Source of the DNA: a virus
Taxonomy: Duplodnaviria; Caudoviricetes
Direction: 5' to 3' (one strand)
Virus record (IMG/VR): IMGVR_UViG_3300031555_001562
DNA: 64,000 nucleotides
Part shown: positions 27,340-37,900 of the stretch, in pieces
Layout: each line of letters starts with the position of its first letter
Numbering within the stretch: the first letter of the stretch is position 1
Program-made: the position numbers and the translations under genes
The notes under the pieces: generated by a model
The model's input: only the letters and a program-made list of their open reading frames with translations
Database searches by the model: none
Told to the model about the DNA's origin: nothing

Positions 27340-28089
27340 ATGCCCGAACTGAATAAGGCTAATAGACAGGTTTGCGACGTTGATATTCGTATTCTGAAGA
27401 CAATGGCTCCTTTCCTGAACTTTGATACCGCCAACACCACCACTGCTGGCCTGAGCGGTGATTCTGTTTACGCTATGGCTAAGGGTTCTCGTAGAATTGC
27501 ATTTGCCAACCCCCTGGAAGGCACTATGTCTATCGAGGCTCAGGTCTATCCTTTCAAGTTCTTCGCTCTGCTGTCTGACGGCGAGATCGAGACTACCGCT
27601 GCTTACGCTGCTTCCCAGACTATTACCGCTACAGAGGCTGGTAAGCTGGCTATCGAGGTTAAGAACGGCACTATTACCGCTGGTACTGTGTTCGCTTATC
27701 CTGCTGATGCATTCGGTGATGAGGCTGCTCTGATTGAGGGTACTTTCGCTGATGGCACTTTCACTGCTACCACTGCTTCTGAAATTGCTGTCGGTACTGC
27801 TTATAAGGTTGGTTACATTGTGAACCGTACTGGTGTTAAGAAGATCACCTTCAACAATAAGAGACTGCCCAAGGATTACTTCATCACCATGACCACCGTT
27901 GACAAGGACGAGGAAGGTATGCTGACTCCCTTTGTCATGACCGCTTACAAGGCTTCTATCCAGAGAAACTTTGAGCTGTCTTTCTCTTCTGAGGGTGATC
28001 CCGCTTCTGTCACTCTGACCTTCGACCTGATGGAAGACAAGGATGGCAACATCTTTGACATGGTTGAGCTGACTGAGGATGCCGAGTAA
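27340..28089 (+). CDS. Major tail tube protein
   Basis: AAGGAGG RBS, strong codon bias, LSFSSEGDPASVTLTFDL C-terminus, followed by a terminator. Confidence 0.75.
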   Translation: MPELNKANRQVCDVDIRILKTMAPFLNFDTANTTTAGLSGDSVYAMAKGSRRIAFANPLEGTMSIEAQVYPFKFFALLSDGEIETTAAYAASQTITATEAGKLAIEVKNGTITAGTVFAYPADAFGDEAALIEGTFADGTFTATTASEIAVGTAYKVGYIVNRTGVKKITFNNKRLPKDYFITMTTVDKDEEGMLTPFVMTAYKASIQRNFELSFSSEGDPASVTLTFDLMEDKDGNIFDMVELTEDAE

Positions 28090-28102
28090 TTCAATACTCA
28101 CT

Positions 28103-28134
28103 GAGGGTAGTAGGTAACACTACTACCCTCTTTT
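28103..28134 (+). terminator. Rho-independent terminator
   Basis: GAGGGTAGTAG/CTACTACCCTC plus TTTT. Confidence 0.8.
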
Positions 28135-28153
28135 CACATTAAGGAGAATTGAT

Positions 28154-28390
28154 ATGGTTAAAGAATGTTTGGTTATTCTCAACAACGATCTTGTAACCGT
28201 CGCTCGATTCGATGACAAAGACATTCAGTTCCCGTCTGTCCGCAAAGATGTGAAGAAGGTATTTGTGAATTACGAAAACGGCAGATACTCAATCGTTGAC
28301 GAGAATTTCAGGAGCGAAAGCGCTCCAAAAGCAAAAACTACAAAGAAGAAGAGCGCAGCTAAGAAAACAACTGTTAAGCAAGAGGATTAA
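28154..28390 (+). CDS. Small protein with Lys-rich tail
   Basis: AAGGAG RBS. Confidence 0.65.
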   Translation: MVKECLVILNNDLVTVARFDDKDIQFPSVRKDVKKVFVNYENGRYSIVDENFRSESAPKAKTTKKKSAAKKTTVKQED

Positions 28391-28531
28391 CATAGCGGTA
28401 CAGCTATGTATGTTGTAAATATCGCATAGTTGTATTGTATTTTTGATAAGGGAGATTGTATCTCGCAATACACCGATGCGTTGCGAGGCAGTTTCCCTAC
28501 TTTTTTGCGCTTTGAATTAGGAGAAAAGAGC

Positions 28532-28765
28532 ATGAAGTCCATAGATTTTAAGTCACTTGAAGAGGCAATCGAATGCTATGGACGTGAAAATTTGGTAGCT
28601 ATCGATTGCATCAAGCAAATTATTTTTTACACCCGGCACGGTTGTCAGCCAAAGTTTGTGTGGGAAAAAGAAACCAAACCAGGCCAGATTACGGCATGGT
28701 TCCTGAAAAATGAGACTAACTACGTCTATAAAAAGTGGATGGCAAACTCCCCTGATCGGCGGTGA
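28532..28765 (+). CDS. Small hypothetical protein, possibly DUF5659-like
   Basis: AGGAG RBS; Q..FY..HG.QP....F...ET..VY..W. Confidence 0.55.
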   Translation: MKSIDFKSLEEAIECYGRENLVAIDCIKQIIFYTRHGCQPKFVWEKETKPGQITAWFLKNETNYVYKKWMANSPDRR

Positions 28766-29283
28766 TCCCGTTGAATATAGGAAAGGTTTTTGAAGAGCAG
28801 ATTGGCAAGTCAGTTCCGGATTATGCATTGCTCTACAGATTGCACGATTCTGCACAGTCATTTGGTGGAAGCTCAAAACTGCGATTCAGTTCAAAAAACC
28901 CGTTTGATTATATTCTGTGGGACTCTAGGCGGCATATTTTGTATGCCCTTGAATTGAAGACTGTCAAAGAGAAATCAATCTCTTTTGAACGCCAGGATGG
29001 AGACGAGGGTAAAATTCATCTGCACCAAATTAATGGTCTGATGGAATGGGATAAATACGATGGAATCACATGTGGTTTTATCATTGAATTTCGAGAATTA
29101 GAGACAACTTGCTTCATAAATGTGAAAGACTTCAAGGAGCTAATCGATAAGATTCCAAAGAAAAGCTTCAATATGAAAGATCTTCTTGAGTATAAGGTTC
29201 CGCACATTATCATTCCACAAAAGAAAGCACGAACCAGATATACCTATGATCTGGATTCATTTCTTTCTGATGCAAGCAAGTGA
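28762..29283 (+). CDS. recU: RecU-family Holliday junction resolvase
   Basis: G..FE, PFDY, LELKT, IHLHQ..L and GFIIEF motifs. Confidence 0.8.
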   Translation: MIPLNIGKVFEEQIGKSVPDYALLYRLHDSAQSFGGSSKLRFSSKNPFDYILWDSRRHILYALELKTVKEKSISFERQDGDEGKIHLHQINGLMEWDKYDGITCGFIIEFRELETTCFINVKDFKELIDKIPKKSFNMKDLLEYKVPHIIIPQKKARTRYTYDLDSFLSDASK

Positions 29284-29310
29284 TTTGATATACAAAGAAC
29301 AGAGAAAAAT

Positions 29311-29898
29311 ATGGAGGTTACTATGGAAAAGACTTTTGTGGTCAATACCAAACTGGGAGCCATTGACTATGCTCTGATGGTCAATGATATTGCATCTCAG
29401 TATTTCTATTCTGATGGCGAGTATGCACCTCAGATCGGCCTACTGAACGCAATGCGTTTGTTCTACAACTGCTGCGTAAAGGAATCAAAATTTGATGATG
29501 TGGTTAGCCATACTTCAGACACGCTGGACGATATGGAGACTCTGGCGACTGACGATCAGTTTATTGAAGAGTTTAATAAGGCACTTGTTGCAGACAAGTA
29601 TTGCCTGGATTTCGCAAATGCATTCCGTGACGCAATGGATATTGTGAACACCAAGAAGACTTCATTCAATCACATGGTCGTTATGCTGAAGAATGCGATG
29701 GAGTCTATTGTTGACAGAATTGCACCGGCTCTGACTCAGGAGAACATTGAGAATATTGGCACTATTGCAAGAGACATCTCAGCTGGTAAGGTCAGCGCAG
29801 AGTCAATTGTTGAAGCTTACTCAAAGTCTGAAAGAGTCCAACAGCTGATCGAGACCGTTAAGGGTCATGAAGATCAGCCAAATGTTATTAAGGAGTAA
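29311..29898 (+). CDS. Tail-module hypothetical protein, possible assembly chaperone
   Basis: ORF and position. Confidence 0.5.
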   Translation: MEVTMEKTFVVNTKLGAIDYALMVNDIASQYFYSDGEYAPQIGLLNAMRLFYNCCVKESKFDDVVSHTSDTLDDMETLATDDQFIEEFNKALVADKYCLDFANAFRDAMDIVNTKKTSFNHMVVMLKNAMESIVDRIAPALTQENIENIGTIARDISAGKVSAESIVEAYSKSERVQQLIETVKGHEDQPNVIKE

Positions 29899-29903
29899 TA
29901 CAT

Positions 29904-30332
29904 ATGGGATCCGCTCGTAATGCAAAGCAACTGAATGCCTTGATTATGAAGGATTTGAAAAAGGCAGCTCATATTGCATCTGAGAAGATGCTTGCTGATA
30001 TGTACGAGGAAACCGGAGATTTCTATACTGGCGGTGAACCAGTTATGTATCAGCGTACCGGAGCGCTTGGAGATACGCCACGCACTACTTCGGTCGATTC
30101 TGCTTCGACTGCTGATGGCGGATCCGTGTCCTTTAAGGCATATTTAGATACATCTACCGGATATACGACTGGTAGAAGCCCGTCCATGCAAACAGTTCTT
30201 GACCTTGCCAACAACGGTGGAGATATGACAAATCCACCCATGAGAGCAGTTGTTGGTAAGTCTGGCTTTTGGGACAGGGCAGAAGAAAAGATGGAAGAAT
30301 CGTTCAAAGAAACTATGGAACAGTTCTTCTAA
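29904..30332 (+). CDS. Putative tail completion protein (HK97 gp10-like)
   Basis: Y.RTGAL motif and C-terminal FW..A helix. Confidence 0.5.
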   Translation: MGSARNAKQLNALIMKDLKKAAHIASEKMLADMYEETGDFYTGGEPVMYQRTGALGDTPRTTSVDSASTADGGSVSFKAYLDTSTGYTTGRSPSMQTVLDLANNGGDMTNPPMRAVVGKSGFWDRAEEKMEESFKETMEQFF

Positions 30333-30366
30333 ATAAACAACTACTTTTGAATAAGGAGGTGTCACG

Positions 30367-31413
30367 ATGGGGAAAGAAGGCAGATCAACTGTTTACAACA
30401 ACATTACAAGTCCTGAAAAGTTGCGCCAAGTGAATGCGGACAACATTCAGCTGGAGGAAGACTTCTTGGAGTATTTGGCTTCAGTTGATAGATCAAAGGG
30501 TACGATTGCACAGTACAAGGCAAATCTGCATGTATTCTGGTGCTGGAACCTTGAATACAACAAGAACAAATTCTTTGTTGATTTGACGAAACGTGAGATC
30601 TCTAAATTCCAGAGCCACGCAATTAATGTTTGGAAATGGTCTCCAAAGAGAATCCGTACCGTCAAGGCGACAATTAGCAGCCTGTCAAACTTCATTGAGA
30701 ACATCTTGGATGATGAATATGAAGATTACAGACCGATTGTTCGGAAGATTGAGTCTCCTGCGGATGAAGCGGTCAGAACAAAGACCGTGTTCCAGATGGA
30801 AGATCTACAACCTCTTCTGGATCAGTTGGTTGAGAAGAAGGAGTATATGAAAGCATGTGTCCTGGCACTAGGTATGTATAGTGGCAAGCGTAAAGCAGAG
30901 TTGACTAGATTCAAAGTGTCATATTTTGATGATGAGAATCTGATCTGTGGAGGTGCGCTGTACAAGACTCCTGAGAAGATGGTCACTAAGGGCAGAGGCC
31001 AGAGAGGTAAGTTGCTCGATGTGTATACTCTGGCAAAACCGTTCAAGCCATATCTGGACATGTGGCTGGAGGAAAGAGATCGGCTTGGAATTAAGACCGA
31101 TTGGCTTTTCCCTAAATATAAAGATGGAGAATGGCTGGACGAGCATATTGATACTTCTCTTCTAGATTCTTTTGCAAGAACATTCTCAAACATGTTGAAT
31201 AGACCAATGTACTTCCACTCATTGAGACATGCGTTCACTACATATCTGCTTGAGCAGAATCTACCTGAGAATGTTGTTCAGATGATTCAGGGTTGGAGTT
31301 CAAGTGATATGGTTCGTGTCTATGATGACCGGAGCGGAGATTCACAGCTCGAAAAGTACTTTGGTGCAGATGGAATTAAGCAAATTGAGCAGAAGTCTCT
31401 TGACGATCTGTAA
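30367..31413 (+). CDS. Tyrosine recombinase inside the tail module (SPbeta YomM-like position)
   Basis: G.R..EL, TKGRG, HSLRH, QGW and RVY catalytic set; SAM-like N-terminus. Confidence 0.88.
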   Translation: MGKEGRSTVYNNITSPEKLRQVNADNIQLEEDFLEYLASVDRSKGTIAQYKANLHVFWCWNLEYNKNKFFVDLTKREISKFQSHAINVWKWSPKRIRTVKATISSLSNFIENILDDEYEDYRPIVRKIESPADEAVRTKTVFQMEDLQPLLDQLVEKKEYMKACVLALGMYSGKRKAELTRFKVSYFDDENLICGGALYKTPEKMVTKGRGQRGKLLDVYTLAKPFKPYLDMWLEERDRLGIKTDWLFPKYKDGEWLDEHIDTSLLDSFARTFSNMLNRPMYFHSLRHAFTTYLLEQNLPENVVQMIQGWSSSDMVRVYDDRSGDSQLEKYFGADGIKQIEQKSLDDL

Positions 31414-31522
31414 GAATGGTGCGTGATTCCATTGGACATGAAAAAGTTAAAACAAGTTTTTTATCACCACAATGACGTGGTGATTTTTCTTTATTCAAAT
31501 TTCTGAGGAAGGAGGTCAATAA

Positions 31523-34057
31523 ATGGCGAATAATTATGAGGCCATAGTGCGTGCTGTATTAGATCAAAGACGATTTAATTCAGAGATGGACGCATTGGAG
31601 AATGCTAGATATGAGCTTCAGAATGTTCATATTGATACGAGCAATTTTGTGCGAGAAATTCAAAATGCAATCAATTCTGCATCTTTCACGCTAAATATTA
31701 ATCCCACATTCAATGCAAATCAGGCACAGAATATGGGACGTACATATGGACAGAATCTGAGTCGTGGTATTAATACAGCTATCAATTCCGGTATTCGTGG
31801 CGGCGGAGTCAATCTGCTAGAGAACATTTTAGGTAATACACACAATGTAAATCAAAATGCTGTATCACGTATTATTTCAGGAATTACAAGAGATGTCGGA
31901 ACTGCCAATATTCAGATTCAGAATATGCGCACACAGTTCCAGAATGCTTCCGATGCCGCAAATGGTCTGCGTAATTTCAGAATTACTGGCGTTGATGAAC
32001 TTGGCAACGTCATTACGAATCTGACACAGATTGACGAAGCTACTGGCGGAGTTGTGTCAAGCTTGACTACTGTCACGCAGAACTTTGATAGAAGTGCTGA
32101 GGCGGCAAGACAAGCTCAACAGCAGTACAGTCAGTTGCTTACCCTTGCTCAACGTATTGGTCAGCACGAAATCAAGCTTGCTGGTCTGGATAGCGCAACT
32201 GATTCACATCAGATTGAAACTCTTCGTGTTCAGATTGTAAATCTAAGACAGGCATATAATCAGCTGTATGCAACTGCAAACCAGAATTTGTCCGCTACAC
32301 AGCTGGCACATCTTGGCGACATTACAAGTGAAACAGCTGCAAGAGTTGATCTGCTACGGGCGAAACTTCAAGATGCTTCAGCCGCAGAAGCTCTCAATAC
32401 AAGCTTTAAGAATCTTTACGATACTGCAAAAAAGATTAGCCAGCTTGAAATCAAAATTGCTGGTCTGGATCCAACAAAGAATTCTAGTCAGATTAGTGTT
32501 TTAACAACACAGCTGAATGGTTTGAAAACTGCTTATGCTACAATGAAGCAGTCCGTTCAGGGTGGATTATCGGCAGAGCAGGTCAAAAAGCTTGGTGATG
32601 TAAGCAAAGAAACGGCTGATAAGGTTGCGCTAATCAAGGCAAAGCTAGAGGATGCGAAGAAATACGCAAGCAGCTTGCAAGTCATTACATTTGATAATGA
32701 AATGACAAGTTGGCTTGAGAAGAATTCAAGGGCTTCAAAAGATTTTGGCGCATCAATTGATGCGTTAAGAAATAAGCTGAGAACACTGAATTCAACTGGC
32801 GATCTAACGGAAGCACAGCTGAAAGATCTAAGGAACGAATTTAAGAATATTCAGCAACAAGCAATTGCAACTGGTCAAGTCGGGCAGTCTTTTGGTTCTA
32901 CTTTCTCCAAGGCTTTTAAGAGCATTGCAAACTATGTGTCTGTAGCAAGTATTATTAGCACTGTCGCTAGAACATTCAGAGAAATGTACACTGCGGTTCT
33001 AGATGTTGATTCTGCAATGGTAAACTTGATGAAAGTTACTGATGAGACAAGTTCTAGATACCAGAAATTCTTAGATGATGCTTCTGAATCCGCAAAAGAG
33101 CTTGGTAGAAGTGTGTCCAGTTTGGTTGAGCAGTCTGCTAACTGGGCTAAGTTAGGTTATACACTTGATGAATCCGAAGAGTTAGCTAAATTGTCATCTA
33201 TTTATGCAAACGTTGCTGAAGTTGATGACAGTACGGCTGTTTCTGATATGGTTACAGCAATGAAGGCATTCAATATTGAGGCCGCAAATGCTATAAACAT
33301 TATTGACCCCTTGAACAAACTTGGAAACGAGTTTGCAACTTCTGCCGCCGATCTTGGTGAGGGTTTGGCAAAGTCTGCTTCAGCAATGAGTTCTGCTGGA
33401 ACGGATATGTACAAGACTCTTGCTATGTTGACTGGTGGCGCAGAAATCACCCAGAACGCAGGAGAATTTGGTAGCTTCCTGAAAGTTGCCAGCATGCGTA
33501 TACGTGGTATGAAGGGTGAATTGGAAGAGCTTGGAGAAGAAGTTGATGAATCAGTTGATTCTATCAGCAAAGTCCAAACTCAGATCCTAAACCTGACTCA
33601 CGGTAAAGTTAATATTTTTGATGATTATGGTGAGTTTAGAGATTACTATGACATCATGAAAGATATTTCTGAAGTTGTCGATGATCTGACTTCAACCGAA
33701 CGGTCTTCATTATATGAAATTCTGTTTGGTAAGATGAGAGGCAACCAGGGTGCAGCTTTGATTCAGGCATTCCAATCTGGACAGATTGAAAAAGCATACA
33801 ACGCAGCAACTAACGCTGCCGGATCAGCCGCAGCAGAGCAAGAAAAGTGGATGGAAGGTCTTGAGGCAAAAATCAAGCAATTCCAGGCAGCATGGCAGAA
33901 TCTTTCTATTACTTTCCTTGATTCAGGCTTCATAAAAGGTCTAGTTGATTTCGGTACTTTCGCAGTCACAATTTTGACCAAAATCATTGATGCTGTAGGA
34001 TCACTAAGCGTTGTACTCGCCGGTGTTGGCATATATGCATTCATTAAGAACTTCGAT
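31523..34057 (+). CDS. Tape measure protein, exon 1
   Basis: TP901-type tape measure core (VDSAM..L.KV, WAKLGY, GNEFA, LFGK..GN); ends at the predicted 5' splice site. Confidence 0.85.
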
Positions 34058-34486
34058 TGACTCGTTTAGAGTTATAACATTACCCAGAATATGTTTGGTC
34101 TACTATGGGGGAAGACTCATCATATTGGCGATGACGATAATTCCATAGGATGAAAGTTCTAAAATAACAAAAGGAAAAATTGCTTGAAACCATAATACTT
34201 GCTACTCCATAAATATAGTGGAAACCGATCTAAAGGTAAATAAGTCAAACCGCTGGTACACGGGAGCAAGTTTTCTACGGCTAACAAATAACGCCGGACA
34301 GATTTACAATTGGTAACGAGCAGCGCACCCATTAGCCGAAAGGACTAATCGTATAATCCGATAGGTAGCAATCGTGAAAGCGATGTCGGGATAAGGATTT
34401 TTGTAATGGGAACGTTCAGAGGACACCATTCCTTACAGTAAATGAAAGCCATATTTCATTTGCTGTTAATGCATGTTCCAAAGTAC

Positions 34487-34529
34487 CACAACAAATAAAC
34501 GCACTGCCATAGAAATAGCAATGCGTTTA
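34487..34529 (-). terminator. Terminator of the intron-internal antisense gene
   Basis: TAAACGCA/TGCGTTTA hairpin followed by TTTGTTGT on the minus strand, just past the stop codon. Confidence 0.65.
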
Positions 34530-34536
34530 ATATAGT

Positions 34537-34833
34537 TTAGAAATCACTTTTACAATTATTACAATGCCACTGTTTTGCAATTTTGCCAACAGAGAAAATA
34601 CCAAAAATGGCTACACTTCCAACCTTTGATATACTAGATATTTTCTTTGTATCTTTTGAATGACAATAAGGGCATTCTATTAGTGGCGGCGGTACATATC
34701 CATTTATAAATTCAAAAAAGGTTAGTTCACCGCACTGTAAACATTCCCCTGATGTGAATGTTGCAGTGGTATCCTTATATGATTTATCATGACCGCATTT
34801 TGAGCAAATATAATCAATTATTTCTCTAGACAT
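34537..34833 (-). CDS. Intron-encoded antisense 98-aa protein: four CxxC motifs and a hydrophobic segment
   Basis: CSKC, CLQC, CPYC, CNNC; VGSVAIFGIFSVG; RBS AGGGGGTGGT. Confidence 0.8.
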   Translation of the reverse strand: MSREIIDYICSKCGHDKSYKDTTATFTSGECLQCGELTFFEFINGYVPPPLIECPYCHSKDTKKISSISKVGSVAIFGIFSVGKIAKQWHCNNCKSDF

Positions 34834-34852
34834 TTTACCACCCCCTATTGTT

Positions 34853-34881
34853 ATTATAAATTGTAATTATTCATTTGCCAA
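34853..34881 (-). promoter_or_regulatory. sigmaA promoter for the intron-internal gene
   Basis: TTGGCA-17 bp-TATAAT on the minus strand, 19 bp upstream of the ATG. Confidence 0.75.
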
Positions 34882-34921
34882 GTGGTTTTTAAGATTATTT
34901 TGTACTTTGTAATATTTATAG

Positions 34922-37900
34922 CAATTTAAGGTTCTGGGGTTACAAGGTGCAACAAGCATCGATCTAGTTACAGCAGCAACCGCAAGAATGACTGTTGCCG
35001 ACACAGCCGCTGCCCTGGCTAAAACTGGATTATCAGAGGCACAGAAGATCGCAATTCTTATGAGCAAAGGCTTATCTGCCGAAGAAGCAAAAGCTTCCTT
35101 GGCAACAGCATCTCATACGGCTGCAACTGTCGGAGCAACCGGTGCCACAGTAGGATTAACCGGTGCAACCCTTTCTCTAAAAACTGCGTTAAATGGTCTT
35201 AAAGTCGCATTCATGACGAACCCATTGACTGCAATAATTACTATTGCTTTGACTTTAATACCAATCATTATCAGTATTGCAAACGCAGTAAAAGATGCGC
35301 ATAAATCTGTGTCTGAAAAGTTAGAAGATTTGAATTCACAATTCACAGAATTGTCGAATAAAATCAAACAGGTTTCTTCTGATTTTCAAAGTTTGAAGTC
35401 AAACGCAGATAGCGTTATTCCAAGGTTTACTGAACTTGCACAGGGAGTAAATCAATTTGGAGAAAATGTCTCTTTAACCGACGAAGAATATGAAGAATTT
35501 CTAAGATTAAACAATCAAATCGCAGAAATGTTCCCAGAGTTGAACTTGGGAATGGATAGCAATGGAAATGCTATGTTGGCATTGTCCTATTCTGCCGATA
35601 CATTAACAACCTCTTTGTATAATTTAGTAGAAGCAGAACGGCAAGCTGCCCATGCTGAAATTGCGGGTACAATGCCAGATGTTATCGAAAATATCAAAGA
35701 TACAGTTGAAGTTTACAAAGATGAAATTGATGATCTTAAAGATTCGAAAGAAGATTGGGAAGATGTATATAATGACATCTTAAATCAGTCTTTGCCCACA
35801 AATGTCGGTAGATACTCAACACAAGAAGCTGGTTATCAAGCAGCATTAGACTTTATTGAAAAAGCACAATATCTTGGAATGCACGGAAATGTGCTTATGG
35901 ATAATCAGCAAAACACAAATAACGGCTATGTGTTTAGTGTCCAGTGGGATTATGAAAATGTAAACTTGGACTATGTGGATAAATTATATGCCGCAAAGCA
36001 GGAAGAATTTGATAAACAAATCCACGATTATGAGCGCAGAATTCAAGCAAAGTGGCAAACCATAAATCCCGTCGTAGGCAGTTGGTTGCAAACTGACTTC
36101 TTGTTTAATGATTTAGATAAGAATATGCAACTTGTTGCCGAAACTATGGTTTCTGGTCTTGATTTTAGCTCTCTTGGGCTGACAACACAAGAAGAAGTTC
36201 AAGATTATATAACGAATAATATTCTTAATCCTTTGTTCCTTGCAGCACCAGAAGTACGAAATGCTTTTGCAAGTATTACTGATTGGAGAGAACAGTTACA
36301 AAAAGGAGAAATCACTTCTGAGCAATTCTCTAAAAATGTTAAAGATACATTTAACAATTTAGTCAATGGCATGGATGCTTCACGAATCGATACATTTAAG
36401 TCTGCGTTTGTATCTGGATTTAATGCGATAGGAATTGAGGGAGATAATTTTGATGCCGTAGTCGATAACATTATAGCAAGTTGGGGCAGCACGAACTCTG
36501 TATTCAACAAAACTGATGGTATCGACGATGCAATATCAAAAGTACAGGCTCTTACAAGCAGCATTTCTACCGTGCAAGAAGTGTTATCAGGACAAGGCAC
36601 TGGTGTTTCTTTATCAATCGAGGATTTTAATTCCGCAGAATTAAAAGATTATACATCGGCTCTTGAGTACAATAATGGTGCTTTGCAGCTAAATGCAGAT
36701 AAGGTAAATGAGCTGATTAAGGCAAAGACCGAAGAACAAATTGCCATTAATGATACCAATAAAGCCGTTGCTCAGTCTAAATATCTTGAGAACGCTGCCG
36801 AGATTGAACGTCTACGCAGAGAACTTGGTGAACTTGATGAGAGCGAAACAAGTGCAAGAGACGCAATTCAAGGAAATATTAATACTCTCCTAGAAGAAAA
36901 CAGTGTCCTAAAGAATACTTGTACTCAGTATGATTTGATGACTTCTTCCTTACGAGAAGCCACAAGTGCATATCAGCATTGGCTCAATGCACAAAGCGCT
37001 GCTCAGAGCGGAGATATGTTTGATGACACTGTTGATGCATTTAATCATATCAATGATACTCTGAATAACAAGGATTCCGATCTATATGGAAGAGTTGGAC
37101 GTACTGACTATGAAGCAGCAGTAAATCTGGTCATTCCTGATTCCATTGATCCTAAAGACACAGAGGCCGTTAATGCATATATGAAAGAGATTTACAGTCT
37201 CTTTACGTATAACGATGACGGTAATTATGCTGGTCTGAATATCAAGAACTTCTGCGAACGTGCAATCGACGAAGGATTAATGGTGCTTGATGAAGCAACC
37301 AATTCTTATCAGATTGTTGGTCAGCAGACAATGGAAGACTTTGCTGAAGGCATGGATCTTTCACTTCCTCTTGTCCAGGCTATGTTTGGCGAGATGGAAG
37401 AGTTTGGCGCTGAATTCTCATGGGCAGACGAGGCACACCAATCATTTGGTGATCTTGCTGTTTCTGCTAATGAAGCTGCCGAAGCTCTACGTGGCTTTGA
37501 AGGAAACGAAGATTTGGAGATTCGTCTGGATGTTTCTGATATTGAAAGTGGTCAGGAAAAGCTAGACACATTGGATCTGACTATTGCCGAGATGAATTCG
37601 ATCAAGGCAAAACCAAATGTTGATCCTTCAGAAGTTGAGTATGCGAACGAGGTCATTAAGTACTGCGTAGCCCAGAAGCAACTACTATCTCAACCTGATG
37701 TCATGATGGTTGATACTTCTGTTGTCGAGGGTGATCTTGGCAATGCTATTGCACTGCTACAGGAGTTCCAGACTGCTAAAAACAATCTGGAAGTCGCTCA
37801 AGCACTAGGTATTGACACTACTCAGGCACAGGCTGATCTGGATGCTGCCGCACAAAAGATTCAGAACCTTGATGCAAATATCACGAGCGAAAAGGCGCTA

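Larger units (their letters stand above)
34058..34921 (+). ncRNA. Group I self-splicing intron in the tape measure gene (864 nt)
   Basis: P4 TGCTTG 34181/CGAGCA 34317; P6 GCG/CGT; J6/7 TCA; P7 G-A-GGACA 34419/TGTTCC 34474; P3 AAGGAA 34171/TTCCTT 34429; 13-bp P8; IGS TTGGTC 34095 pairs GAT|CAA; ends in G; removal restores the frame. Confidence 0.88.

Noticed and set aside
27175-28101. 308-aa minus-strand ORF
   Set aside because: Shadow of the strongly codon-biased major tail gene
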